Program-made: the position numbers and the translations under genes | Notes under the pieces: generated by a model | Databases searched by the model: none | Told to the model about the DNA's origin: nothing | The model's input: the letters and a program-made list of their open reading frames with translations, nothing else | From: Rickettsiales bacterium (ex Bugula neritina AB1) | Lineage (GTDB): Bacteria; Pseudomonadota; Alphaproteobacteria; CAJXXZ01; UBA1459 | NCBI GenBank assembly: GCA_001730065.1 | Contig: MDLE01000001.1 | Coordinates: 1-62,031, forward strand | Direction of reading: 5' to 3' | DNA length: 62,031 bases | In this document: in pieces, positions 50,297-60,772 of the stretch | Layout of the letters: each line of letters opens with the position of its first letter | Numbering within the stretch: position 1 is the stretch's first letter

Positions 50297-52231
50297 ATGT
50301 TATATTGGAATATATTACGAATAATTTTTATCACTATAATGATGTTATATATATCTATTACTTTATTTATATGTAAGAAAAATAAAATTTTAGAGTGGGT
50401 GTTTTTTCATATTTTTATTATCATTTCATTCATAATTATTATTCATATATCTCTTATACAAAAGATTAAAACTATTAAGAATTATATTCCACAATTTGCT
50501 TCTACTACTATTGTAAAGGATAGAAATAATATTATTATGGGAAAATTAGGACATGAATGGAGAGATTATGTAACAATAGAAAATATTCCTATAAAAATCA
50601 CAAAAACATTAATTGCTACAGAAGATACAAGTTTTTATAATAATATAGGTATTCATCCTCTAAGTATTATATATAGGATAATCAAATTTTTTCTTTATAA
50701 AGAAAAAACTATTCGTGGTACATCTACTATTACTCAACAAATGGTTAGAAATGTATTCTTATCCCATGAAAAATCTATTACAAGAAAAATTAAAGAAATA
50801 TATTTATCTTTTTATGTGACAAAATATTTTAAAAAATGGCAAATATTAGAAATATATTTTAATCATAGTGCTTTTGGTAAAAATGTATATGGTATAAAAA
50901 TGGCTGCTAAATACTATTTTGATAAAACTTTACAGGAACTTAATAATGAAGAAATTGCTTTTATTATAGGTGTAGTACAAGGTCCATCCTTTTATGATGG
51001 TAATCGAAAATCTGCTCTTGTACGTAAAAATTATGTACTTTTAAAAATGAAGGAATATCATATTATTAGCGATGAAGAGTATGAAATGTCTAAAAAAAAA
51101 ACTTTAAATTTTAAGAATTTTACAAAAATAACTTCTAGTGAATATATATTAGAAGAAGTAAAAGAAATACTATTATCTAATGACATGGATATTAATGATG
51201 GTATTATAGTAGAAACAACTATCAATGATAAATTACAAAAAATATCTAAAACTTCTTTAAATAACGTAATAAATGAATGGAAAAGACAAAATAATTCTTC
51301 CGTAAAAATTAATGGTGTTGTAATGATTATTGATCCTAAAACAGGAGAAATATTAACATCCGTAGGAGGGATAGGTTTTTCCACATCTTTTGTGGATGGT
51401 ACAAGACATATTTTACGTTCACCTGGTTCAATTATGAAAATTTTTTCAGTACTAACAGCATTAGAAAATGGTTATAATTTAGAAGATAATCTATATGGTA
51501 AAGGTGTTATATTTGATAATAAACAACAAAAAATTATTTATATAGATGATCAAGAATTATTAGAAGAATATGAAAATAATAGTAATTATAAAATTATTAA
51601 AAACTGCCCCAATAAATATTATGAACCTATTGTATTTCAAGATGTACTTTGTCAAGGATATAATACAAGTATTTTTTATCTTACATACATTTTATACGAA
51701 CAATTTTATGATAATCTTATAAAATTTCAAATTATTGAACCTTATCAGACCTGTTATTTATCAATGTGTTTAGGTAGTATTTTTATACCTATTCGTCATA
51801 TTGTAAAATGTTTTGCTCCTTTTGCAAATGGTGGTTATAAAATTCAAGATTTATTTTTAATAAAAAAAGTCCTAAAAAAAAATAAAGTAATTTATGAACA
51901 AACAGAAGATAAAAGAAAAGAAAAATTAATAGAAGAAGATATACTAAATAAAATATTATTTATGTTAAGACGTGTCATTGATATAGGAAGTGGAAGACGT
52001 TTAAAATCTTACAAATATATTATAGGAAAAACAGGTACAGGTCAAAATAATCGTGAAGGGTCTTTAATTTGTTGGAATCAGGATATGGATTATCTCATAT
52101 ATGTAAGTGTTTATAGGGAAGATTATGAAGAAATTCCAGGATTATTTGGGGCAACATTACCTTTATTTGTTACAAAAAAAATTTTAGAAAATATAGAAAA
52201 ATATAATTTTTTTTCAAAAAATAATAATTAG
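50297..52231 (+). CDS. Class A penicillin-binding protein (PBP1A-like transglycosylase/transpeptidase)
   Basis: TEDTSFY, GTSTITQQ, RKIKE; SIMK and KTGT motifs; SxN position reads GYN. Confidence 0.9.
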   Translation: MLYWNILRIIFITIMMLYISITLFICKKNKILEWVFFHIFIIISFIIIIHISLIQKIKTIKNYIPQFASTTIVKDRNNIIMGKLGHEWRDYVTIENIPIKITKTLIATEDTSFYNNIGIHPLSIIYRIIKFFLYKEKTIRGTSTITQQMVRNVFLSHEKSITRKIKEIYLSFYVTKYFKKWQILEIYFNHSAFGKNVYGIKMAAKYYFDKTLQELNNEEIAFIIGVVQGPSFYDGNRKSALVRKNYVLLKMKEYHIISDEEYEMSKKKTLNFKNFTKITSSEYILEEVKEILLSNDMDINDGIIVETTINDKLQKISKTSLNNVINEWKRQNNSSVKINGVVMIIDPKTGEILTSVGGIGFSTSFVDGTRHILRSPGSIMKIFSVLTALENGYNLEDNLYGKGVIFDNKQQKIIYIDDQELLEEYENNSNYKIIKNCPNKYYEPIVFQDVLCQGYNTSIFYLTYILYEQFYDNLIKFQIIEPYQTCYLSMCLGSIFIPIRHIVKCFAPFANGGYKIQDLFLIKKVLKKNKVIYEQTEDKRKEKLIEEDILNKILFMLRRVIDIGSGRRLKSYKYIIGKTGTGQNNREGSLICWNQDMDYLIYVSVYREDYEEIPGLFGATLPLFVTKKILENIEKYNFFSKNNN

Positions 52232-52266
52232 TTTTATTAAATAAATAAAAATTTTTATTTATAAAC

Positions 52267-52295
52267 TTGATTTATAATAAATTATTTTATAAAAT
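52267..52295 (+). promoter_or_regulatory. Sigma70 promoter of initiator tRNA: TTGATT-17 nt-TAAAAT
   Basis: Canonical spacing; only 5 nt before tRNA position 1. Confidence 0.6.
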
Positions 52296-52300
52296 TTAAA

Positions 52301-52374
52301 TGTGGTGTAGAGCAGTTTGGTAGCTCGCCAGGCTCATAACCTGGAGGTCGTTGGTTCAAATCCTTCCGCCGCAA
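52301..52374 (+). tRNA. Initiator tRNA-fMet(CAT)
   Basis: GAGC/GCTC D-stem (A11-U24), CCAGG-CTCATAA-CCTGG anticodon arm, TTCAAAT T-loop; T1-A72. Confidence 0.92.
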
Positions 52375-52518
52375 CATTTCTATTCTACTTTATTTTTATA
52401 TTTTATATTTTAATAATAATTCATTGTAAATATAAGAAATTATTTTAAATTTTAATTTTTTAATCTTATTTTTATTTCAAAGAATAATAAAAAGCATGAA
52501 TAAAATTTTAATATAAAA

Positions 52519-52600
52519 TACCTTTAATGGGACTTGAACCCACACATCAAAATGATATTAGATTTTAAGTCTAACGCGTCTACCATTCCGCCATAAAGGC
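52519..52600 (-). tRNA. tRNA-Leu(TAA)
   Basis: GCCTTTA/TAAAGGT acceptor; TTAGA-CTTAAAA-TCTAA anticodon arm; variable arm ATCA-TTT-TGAT. Confidence 0.95.
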
Positions 52601-52652
52601 AATGTTTAAATCATAACAGAATTTTTTATTTTTAACAATATTAAATAAAATT

Positions 52653-54815
52653 TTATTTTTGTATTTTTGTATTTTTATTAAATAAATTTACATATTTCTT
52701 GTTATTAAAAAACTCTGATAGATCTCCTTTGAAGGAAGACATTTTATCAAAACTTAATTTAGAAACGGATTTAATTGATTTACTAATAACTTGACGAATT
52801 CTTTCACGTGTTACTTCAAATCTTGCCCCCATATTACCAAGTGTATGGACGGTATTTTTATTATCTTTACCTTCTTCCATATTAATATCATAACTATCAA
52901 ATTTTTTAAAATTAAAACCATATCTTAAACGAATAATATATTCTTCTCTTGTAGGTAGACAAAATGTAAGTGTTTCCGTTAAATAAATAATTTCTTCCAA
53001 TGAGCGTAAATTTTCTTCAGGAGAATATTTTTTATTCATTTCTACAGAGTCCTGTAGTGTATGTTTTTCATCTTCATCACTTATAGATTTATCAAGACTA
53101 ATAACAGGTTTTGCAGCTTTTAAATTACGAGCTACTTTTTCCACAGAAACATTAAGTTTTTCAGAAATTTCTTCATAAGTAGGTTCACGACCAAGTTTTG
53201 TAGATAGTTCTCGGTATGTACGTAATAATTTATTTATTGTTTCCGTTACATGAACAGGTAAACGTAAAATACGAGACTGATCTGCTATAGCACGAGTAAT
53301 AGATTGACGTACCCACCAACTAGCATATGTGGAAAACTTATATCCTTTATGATAATCAAATTTATCAATAGCTTTAATAAGACCTGTATTACCTTCTTGA
53401 ATAAGGTCTAAAAAACTTAATCCTTTATTTGTATATCTTTTTGAATTAGAAATTACTAAACGTAAATTAGAATGCACCATATGACTTTTTGTAGTACTTG
53501 TTTTATTATATACATCATCTATTTCTTTATAATCAATAATAAATTTTTCATAATCAATAAATAAAGTTTCATATATATAATCTTTTATTTTTTTTATATC
53601 TTCTGAGATTTTATTACTTTTTTCTTGAGAAGCATTTTGTAAATCATTTTCTAATTTTGTAACAACTTTAATAGTTTTATTATAAAAAGACTGTATATTA
53701 TTATTAAAAAATGAATTCATTTTACTTTTTTGTATTCGTAAAAAAGTAATTTTATTTTTTACAATTTCTACTACACTATTAAAAGTGTTATTTTTTGTTT
53801 TTAAATTAATCATATTTGTTAAGTTTTCAATAATAGTATCTAAATTATCAAACACTTCTGGAAGTAAATTATATTCAACTTCATTTGTAATATTATCATC
53901 ATTTGTAAAACTTTTTTGTCTTTTATTAATATTAGCAATAAAAATATCAAGATCTATAAAATTTCTTAATAATAATTTCTTATTTATAAGTTGAAATTTC
54001 CATTCCGTTAATTTTTCCTTTAATAAAGGAAAAAACGTATTTACAATAATATGTAAAAAGTTCTTTTGACATTCTTCAATTGTTGTAAATATTTTTACTT
54101 CTTCTTTTTTTGTAAGTAATGGAAATTTATAAACTAATTGTAAATATATACGTGTTGTATCTTCAAAATTATGAGTAGTTTTTTTATTGTCATACTCTTC
54201 TTCTATATCATCATTACCATCATCATTTAAATCTTCATTATTACTACCATTATTTAATAAATCTTCATCTTTGTCTCCATAAATACTAATATTTAAAGTA
54301 TTTAAAGTATTAGTAATAATATCATATGCATTATCATATATTTCATTTTTATTATGTGTTAGTTCTAATAAGAAATCTTGAATATTTTTTTCATTAACAA
54401 GTTTACTTTGTAATGTATTATGTATAAATTCAATAATTTCTTCCTTATATTCTTTATAAAAATCTGTTTCTAAAAACTCTTCATTGATATTTTTAAAAAT
54501 ATTTTCCAAATCAATTCTATTATTTTTTTTTTTAGATGTTTTTATAGATTCATATAGTTGTTGTAATTTGTGTATAATATTTAAAATATTATTAAGATAA
54601 TTATCATAATTTTTTTTATTATTTATTTCTTTAAGATTATTTATAATATCTTTATGATTAATAAGTGTTTGTTTACTCATTTTTATAATTAAATTATCAA
54701 TAATTTGATGATTGTTATTATAAAATTTATCTTTTTTAAAAGGAAAATCATTTTCCATTTTAATATTTGTTAATAATTTATTTAGGGAAGATATAGATGC
54801 TTTTTTTATAGACAT
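52653..54815 (-). CDS. rpoD: Primary sigma factor RpoD (sigma70)
   Basis: [48 protein letters not shown]. Confidence 0.96.
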   Translation of the reverse strand: MSIKKASISSLNKLLTNIKMENDFPFKKDKFYNNNHQIIDNLIIKMSKQTLINHKDIINNLKEINNKKNYDNYLNNILNIIHKLQQLYESIKTSKKKNNRIDLENIFKNINEEFLETDFYKEYKEEIIEFIHNTLQSKLVNEKNIQDFLLELTHNKNEIYDNAYDIITNTLNTLNISIYGDKDEDLLNNGSNNEDLNDDGNDDIEEEYDNKKTTHNFEDTTRIYLQLVYKFPLLTKKEEVKIFTTIEECQKNFLHIIVNTFFPLLKEKLTEWKFQLINKKLLLRNFIDLDIFIANINKRQKSFTNDDNITNEVEYNLLPEVFDNLDTIIENLTNMINLKTKNNTFNSVVEIVKNKITFLRIQKSKMNSFFNNNIQSFYNKTIKVVTKLENDLQNASQEKSNKISEDIKKIKDYIYETLFIDYEKFIIDYKEIDDVYNKTSTTKSHMVHSNLRLVISNSKRYTNKGLSFLDLIQEGNTGLIKAIDKFDYHKGYKFSTYASWWVRQSITRAIADQSRILRLPVHVTETINKLLRTYRELSTKLGREPTYEEISEKLNVSVEKVARNLKAAKPVISLDKSISDEDEKHTLQDSVEMNKKYSPEENLRSLEEIIYLTETLTFCLPTREEYIIRLRYGFNFKKFDSYDINMEEGKDNKNTVHTLGNMGARFEVTRERIRQVISKSIKSVSKLSFDKMSSFKGDLSEFFNNKKYVNLFNKNTKIQK

Positions 54816-54899
54816 TAATATTAATAATACAATATATTTTTTTTAAAATAATATAATCTATTGTATTATGAAAAAAATTTTTTATAATTTTAATAGTCA

Positions 54900-55688
54900 A
54901 TGGTGATATACATCATAATATTATTATTAAATTCTTATTATATCATAGGAAAAAGAAAAATTATATTTTACGAAACTATTTCTTCACCGGTTGTAGTAAT
55001 AAAAAATATAAAAAATAAAACTTTAAAAAAAATATTAGAAGGAAATATAGTTTATTTATCAATGTATAATAAATCTTTATCAGATGAGGAAGTTTTTAAT
55101 AGAGTAATTTATATATTAGATAATTATTTTTATTTAGATGTAGGAGAAAAATCAATAATTTTAGGATTATTAAAATTATCTAAAAATCCTAATAATGAAA
55201 CTTATATTCATAAATTAATTTCTTTATTAGAAAAATATTATCCAAATTCTTCTTATAAATGGTTGGGGTATTTTATTTTAACGATCATATTAATACAAAA
55301 AATTGATTCTAATATTACAAATAGCTATTATACATTACAGGAATGTACAAATAATCTATTCCCTTATAGGAAAAAAAACTATTTTTATAATAATCTATTT
55401 TTGTATATTACTAATTATTATCTAAGTGAATATTATTTAAAAATTGCTAGTGATTTTTTTGTTATGAATAAGTTTGTGGAAGCTATTAGTAATTTAGAAA
55501 AAATTTTTGTAAGATCACATATTAATCCTAATAGCGCTAAAAAAGGTTTGTTAATAGCTATGGAAATTTTTGCAATTTTAGATAATAAATTACTAGTTAA
55601 TCATTATTTTAAATATTTATTAGAAACAAAAGATGAAAATTATATTCAATCAGGAAGGAAAATTTTAAAAAAGTATTATAATGATTAA
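54900..55688 (+). CDS. TPR protein, BamD-like (eroded; no lipobox Cys)
   Basis: LEKYYPNS and EYYLKIASDFF...EAISNLEKI...AKKGLLIAMEIFAIL resemble BamD helices. Confidence 0.45.
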   Translation: MVIYIIILLLNSYYIIGKRKIIFYETISSPVVVIKNIKNKTLKKILEGNIVYLSMYNKSLSDEEVFNRVIYILDNYFYLDVGEKSIILGLLKLSKNPNNETYIHKLISLLEKYYPNSSYKWLGYFILTIILIQKIDSNITNSYYTLQECTNNLFPYRKKNYFYNNLFLYITNYYLSEYYLKIASDFFVMNKFVEAISNLEKIFVRSHINPNSAKKGLLIAMEIFAILDNKLLVNHYFKYLLETKDENYIQSGRKILKKYYND

Positions 55689-55691
55689 TAA

Positions 55692-56492
55692 ATGAACTTG
55701 GATAGTAAACATGATATATTAATTAATCTATTAAAAAAATTTGTTTATAAAAAACATAAAGATAATGATACATTAGAAATATTTTTTAAAAATACAAATA
55801 ATGAAGATGTGCGAATAATTATTAGTGAAGAATATGGTTTTAATAATTTGATTTTAAATAAAGAAGATTTTACAGTATCATTATTTGACAATAATAATCA
55901 AAAATTTTCTTTAACAATAGCTTTTAAAAAAATATCAATATTTTCCTTTAATGATGTTATTTTAATTAAAAATTTACAGATTAATTCCGCCTACAATAGT
56001 AGTTTAAATTTAGAAGAAATAATGCAAATAAAAATGTATGAACATTTAATTAATTTACAGAATAAAAATGAACATGTTTTTTTAAAAATTACTTTTGAAA
56101 TGGAAGAGATAATACAAAATTTGTCTAAAAATATAAAAAAATTATCGGTAATTATTATAGAAAAAAGTATAAAAAACCTAGATATCCAATTAGAGGGTGT
56201 TAGTTTATTTTTAGATAACACCAAAGAAAATATATTTATACCTTTTGAAAATATTTTAATTTTTCTTGATTTTCAAAATAAAGTAATATTTAATAAATTT
56301 ATTAAAATACCCATCAAAGATTTAGAATTATTTGAATCATTTTTTCAGACAACTATTAAGAATCATATTACTTATTTAAACTTTAAAGAAATAGCAGAAT
56401 TAAAATCTATATCCAATGAAAATAAAGAAAAACCAAAAATATATTATGTAGATTTTAAAAACTATTTAAAAGATAAAAATGAGGATATTTAA
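55692..56492 (+). CDS. Alphaproteobacterial-type SspB (ClpXP adaptor)-like protein with two tandem domains
   Basis: Two segments of pattern LxIxF...IIi....NL....fsv.l......l.IpF..I..F; C-terminal IYYVDFKN tail resembling the ClpX-binding motif. Confidence 0.5.
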   Translation: MNLDSKHDILINLLKKFVYKKHKDNDTLEIFFKNTNNEDVRIIISEEYGFNNLILNKEDFTVSLFDNNNQKFSLTIAFKKISIFSFNDVILIKNLQINSAYNSSLNLEEIMQIKMYEHLINLQNKNEHVFLKITFEMEEIIQNLSKNIKKLSVIIIEKSIKNLDIQLEGVSLFLDNTKENIFIPFENILIFLDFQNKVIFNKFIKIPIKDLELFESFFQTTIKNHITYLNFKEIAELKSISNENKEKPKIYYVDFKNYLKDKNEDI

Positions 56493-57154
56493 TGTTTTTT
56501 ATTAGAAATTGGCGAGAATATTTAAAAAATTTTTCTTATTCAAAAATTTTTCATAATGATAAAGAAATTTATTTTAATAATATATGTGATTCTATAAATA
56601 ATTTATCTTGTAGCTTAAAAACAAATGCAAATACAGTTATAGGACGAGGAAGTATAAATACTTCTTTATTATTTATAGGTGAAGCACCTGGGGAAGAAGA
56701 AGATAAATTAGGTGTTCCCTTTGTAGGAGCTAGTGGTGTCTTATTAAAAGAAATGATTAATAGTATAAATATAGATATTAATAAAGTATACATAACCAAC
56801 ATATGTTTTTGGCGTCCACCTTTGAATCGTCCTCCTACAGAAGAGGAAATTAATATTTGTTTACCAATGGTAAAGGAAATTATCAAACTAATAAATCCTA
56901 AACTTATTGTAACATTAGGATCAACGGCTACAAAAGTATTACATAACAAAATTACAAATATTAGTAAAGTACGTGGTATTTTTAGTAAAATATCCATAAA
57001 AGATAATATTTATGAATCAATTCCTACATTTCATCCCTCTTATATTTTAAGAATTCGTTCCCACAAATCTTTGTATATGAAAGATTTTTTAACAATACAA
57101 CAGTTTATAAAAGATAATAATTTATATGAAGAACTTATAATTTCTTCAAAATAA
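56492..57154 (+). CDS. udg: Uracil-DNA glycosylase, family 4
   Basis: FIGEAPGEEED..G.PFVGASG, ITNICFWRPPLNRPP, FHPSYILR. Confidence 0.93.
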   Translation: MFFIRNWREYLKNFSYSKIFHNDKEIYFNNICDSINNLSCSLKTNANTVIGRGSINTSLLFIGEAPGEEEDKLGVPFVGASGVLLKEMINSINIDINKVYITNICFWRPPLNRPPTEEEINICLPMVKEIIKLINPKLIVTLGSTATKVLHNKITNISKVRGIFSKISIKDNIYESIPTFHPSYILRIRSHKSLYMKDFLTIQQFIKDNNLYEELIISSK

Positions 57155-57198
57155 AATAATATGAACATGAAATAAAAATATGGTATCATATTTTAGTA

Positions 57199-58815
57199 AT
57201 GATTGAAAAAAAACAAGTGAATTATTTTGTTTTATTTATGATTATATTTAATAATAAACATACAAATTGTTTTAAAAAAAATTATTTTTTACCTTATATA
57301 TCAAAAAATAATTTGTTATTAAAAAATGATTTTTTTTATTTTTTTAAAAGAAGAAAATTAATTCATCAAAAAGCAAAATTTTTTGTACAAAGTTTAGTAG
57401 AAGATATTTTAAAGGATAATAAAAATTTTTACATACATGCAAATAATATAAAAAAAATAAAAAAAATTCGTTATAATATTTCTAATAATATCTCTTATAT
57501 ATATTTTTATTTAGATGAAAGTATGGATAATATAGTTATTTCTTATAATATATATGATATTCATTCCGCCTATAAAATTTATAATATTTTGCAATATTAT
57601 GATGTTCCTATGTATAATGTAGAAGAACAAATTAAATTTTTTCAAATAGGAATTATGTTCTTTACACTTTTAGTAACAATATATAGTGTATATAAAATGA
57701 AATTTGCTCAAAATCTTCATTTAAATAATTTTTCTAAAAAATTATTAGATGACAAAGAGTATGAAAATTTAAAATTAGATAATTTATTATCCTGTTATAT
57801 GCCTACTACAATGGAAAAAATAAATGATTTTGTAAATTTATGTATTTCTACAAATATGCAAAATAATAATAAATTTTTTTTTATAGAAATATTCAATAAA
57901 TTATTTAAAAAAAATACTATAAATAATATAAAACCTATTCATAAAAATATTATTTTATATGGAAATGCAGGTACTGGTAAAACAACTTTTGCCTCTTGTT
58001 TAAGAGATTATTTAGAAAATAATATGAAAAATTTTAAAAAAATATATTATATAGATATTTCCGCTACAGAGTGTTTAGGATCCGTATTTGTAAACTCAGG
58101 TATAGAGTACGTAAAAAATCTTTTTGAGGATATAAAGAAGCACTTAAAAAATTATAAAAATCATATGATAATTTTAAATATAAATGAAATAGAACAAATC
58201 TTTATAGAACATACGGTTTCAGGAGATTTTAACACTTACAAGGATGATGTACGTAATGAATTTAAATACCAACTAGATCTTTTAAGTAAAATAAAGGAAA
58301 AAAATTTTATTTTAGTGGCAACTTCTAATATAGAAATGAATAAAAAAAATACAAGTTTATTTTTAAATTCTGCATTGATGTCAAGATTCTTTATTGTAAA
58401 AGTTGAATTAGATCCTGAAAAAATTCAAAATATTATTAAAAATATTGTAGAACAGTATTTAAAATTTGATGATTATAATGAAGAAGAAAATTTCTTAAAA
58501 AAAAAATTAATTAATGATATTACAGAATTTTTAAAGGAAAAATGTTATATATATAATATTTCTAAATCAGAAAATACACTAAATTTTATAAAAAAATCTT
58601 TGTATATTATATTTGTAAAAATTAAACTTTATTTTTTAAAATTATTTTATTATGATATATATACTAAAAATATAGAAGAAGCAATTATGCCTAGAAAAAT
58701 AGAAGGAGCTTTTATTCATATAATTGCTAATCAAAATTCAAATTCTGTTATTAATAAAAATAATCTAGAAGAATTTATAATAAAATTTAAAAAATATTAT
58801 GATTTATGGTTTTAA
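57199..58815 (+). CDS. Membrane-anchored AAA+ ATPase (FtsH-like layout, no protease domain)
   Basis: TM near aa 147-165, GNAGTGKT, Walker B-like ILNINEIE, ATSN, LNSALMSRF. Confidence 0.75.
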   Translation: MIEKKQVNYFVLFMIIFNNKHTNCFKKNYFLPYISKNNLLLKNDFFYFFKRRKLIHQKAKFFVQSLVEDILKDNKNFYIHANNIKKIKKIRYNISNNISYIYFYLDESMDNIVISYNIYDIHSAYKIYNILQYYDVPMYNVEEQIKFFQIGIMFFTLLVTIYSVYKMKFAQNLHLNNFSKKLLDDKEYENLKLDNLLSCYMPTTMEKINDFVNLCISTNMQNNNKFFFIEIFNKLFKKNTINNIKPIHKNIILYGNAGTGKTTFASCLRDYLENNMKNFKKIYYIDISATECLGSVFVNSGIEYVKNLFEDIKKHLKNYKNHMIILNINEIEQIFIEHTVSGDFNTYKDDVRNEFKYQLDLLSKIKEKNFILVATSNIEMNKKNTSLFLNSALMSRFFIVKVELDPEKIQNIIKNIVEQYLKFDDYNEEENFLKKKLINDITEFLKEKCYIYNISKSENTLNFIKKSLYIIFVKIKLYFLKLFYYDIYTKNIEEAIMPRKIEGAFIHIIANQNSNSVINKNNLEEFIIKFKKYYDLWF

Positions 58816-58845
58816 ATTTAAATTATGATATAATTAAAATCAAAA

Positions 58846-60438
58846 ATGATGTTTTTAATTAGGTATTTATGTTTTTTAACTTTTGTGGTTTATTCCCTAG
58901 ATAAACATACATCTCAAGATCAAGAAAATAATATTTTTGATGAGATTGGTAAAGATCAAAAAGAAAGAGAAGATTATACTAATTATCTTTTAGGGGCGTT
59001 TGGAGAGGGTAATAACAGTCCTTTAATTTCTTTCCTAGATTACAGAGATCCTATTAATAATAAACCTTTTATAGTTAAGTTTTTAATTAAAAAGGATAAT
59101 TATGGTTATACTATATATTTATATTGGTATGATAAAAAAAAAACTAAATATAAAATTTTTGATAGTAATATTCTAAATGAATTATCACAAATTTTAGTTT
59201 ATAATAATATTCGTGATGGAAGTACAAGTAATTCTTTTATTAATTTTATTAAATATATTCTAGGTTTTATAATAAGTGTAGTTTTATTTGTTTTTACAGG
59301 AAAATATATATATTATGAATATACACGTTTATCAGGTTTAGTTTCTTTAAAATCATTTATGGAAAATAAAAAAAGTGAATTAAGTTTTAAAGATTTATTA
59401 TTAGGATTTGACGAAACTACTCACAATACTATTAAAGAATCTTTTATCACTCCTTTAATAACACAAGAAGAGGAAGAAAATATAAGTTTTTTTCCTTCCT
59501 TGTTATTATATGGACCGGGTGGTACTGGTAAAACAACTTTATCAATTATAATAAGTGAATTTATAAAAAATATTAGTCAAAAATTTCATCAATGTAATGT
59601 ATATATGTTGCGTCCTGCTAATTTAACTCCAATAATACCAGGTATCTCTAAAACAAAAGTTATAGGGCATATGTTTAAACAATTAATTAAAACTGGACAA
59701 AATGATCAAGATACATTCCATATATTATTTTTTGACGAATGTGAAATGTTAATTTTATCGTCTGAGCCTGAGCTTGTTTCTGCATTTAAAGCAGGATATA
59801 CGGATGCTAAAACTTCTAATTTAGATAATATATGTGTTATAATTACTACAAATATACCTATAGATATTGAACCAGATTCTAAATTTGCATATAATATAGA
59901 TTCCGCCGCTTTATCAAGATTAATACCTATAGAAGTAATATCAAATACTTCTCTTAAAGGTATAAAAAGTATTACTGAAAATTTGATAAAAGATAATTTA
60001 AAAAATACTTATTTTGGAAACATGTTAGAAAATGATCCTGAAATGAAGAAAAAATTAGTCCATCAAATTTCTAAAAATTTACATGACTTATCAAATAAAT
60101 TTATAAATCGTAATGAGTATCAAAAAAAGCTTCGTAATGATCCTAATACTAAACAATTAAGTTTTGCACCTACGGATATGATTACACCAAGAACAATATC
60201 TTCAATTATAAATACAACTAATTCAAAAGTATTATCACATTGCTTTAAAAATTACATTAAAGAAGTAGAAGAAAATATTGAAAAAGAAGATTCAGAAAAA
60301 GAAGATTCAGAAAAAGTTAACTTTGAAACAAATAAAAATGATATTACAAATGCTGAAATATTGAAATTCACTAATGCAGCATTAGATAAATTTGGTGAAA
60401 AACTCACACAACAATATCAATCTTCTCTAAAACCATAA
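58846..60438 (+). CDS. Membrane-anchored AAA+ ATPase with signal peptide (paralog of the upstream gene)
   Basis: Signal peptide, TM near aa 135-155, GPGGTGKT, ILFFDECE, ITTN, IDSAALSRL. Confidence 0.8.
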   Translation: MMFLIRYLCFLTFVVYSLDKHTSQDQENNIFDEIGKDQKEREDYTNYLLGAFGEGNNSPLISFLDYRDPINNKPFIVKFLIKKDNYGYTIYLYWYDKKKTKYKIFDSNILNELSQILVYNNIRDGSTSNSFINFIKYILGFIISVVLFVFTGKYIYYEYTRLSGLVSLKSFMENKKSELSFKDLLLGFDETTHNTIKESFITPLITQEEEENISFFPSLLLYGPGGTGKTTLSIIISEFIKNISQKFHQCNVYMLRPANLTPIIPGISKTKVIGHMFKQLIKTGQNDQDTFHILFFDECEMLILSSEPELVSAFKAGYTDAKTSNLDNICVIITTNIPIDIEPDSKFAYNIDSAALSRLIPIEVISNTSLKGIKSITENLIKDNLKNTYFGNMLENDPEMKKKLVHQISKNLHDLSNKFINRNEYQKKLRNDPNTKQLSFAPTDMITPRTISSIINTTNSKVLSHCFKNYIKEVEENIEKEDSEKEDSEKVNFETNKNDITNAEILKFTNAALDKFGEKLTQQYQSSLKP

Positions 60439-60449
60439 AGGTAGTAATA

Positions 60450-60719
60450 TTGAAAAATTTTAGAAAAATATATTTACAAGAATTACTAGAAATTAATAAT
60501 CTTTTATCATTATACAATTATGAAGAACAGTTTGCTATTATGAAAATTACTACTATCAAAAATCATAAATATATTTATTTTTTAGTGAACATAGAGCATA
60601 TGGTATATTTTTACTCTTTAAAAAATAATATTATAAATATAATTAGTTTATATTATTGTAATAATTTTATTATCTATATATATGCGATGCAAAATAATAT
60701 ATGGGAAGAAATAAAATAA
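60450..60719 (+). CDS. Small protein, possibly DciA (DUF721)-like
   Basis: TTG start; YFYSLKNNIINIISLYY...IIYIYAMQ resembles the DUF721 C-terminal pattern; dnaB is in the window. Confidence 0.35.
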   Translation: MKNFRKIYLQELLEINNLLSLYNYEEQFAIMKITTIKNHKYIYFLVNIEHMVYFYSLKNNIINIISLYYCNNFIIYIYAMQNNIWEEIK

Positions 60720-60772
60720 ATTTTTTGTATAAATTAGTTGTATTATAAAAAAATTTGATAGAATAAAAATAT

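Noticed and set aside
57199-60438. Calling the AAA+ pair ClpV/TssH or FtsH
   Set aside because: Each has a single AAA module with a TM anchor, unlike two-module ClpV; there is no HExxH protease domain, and a true ftsH is at 39223
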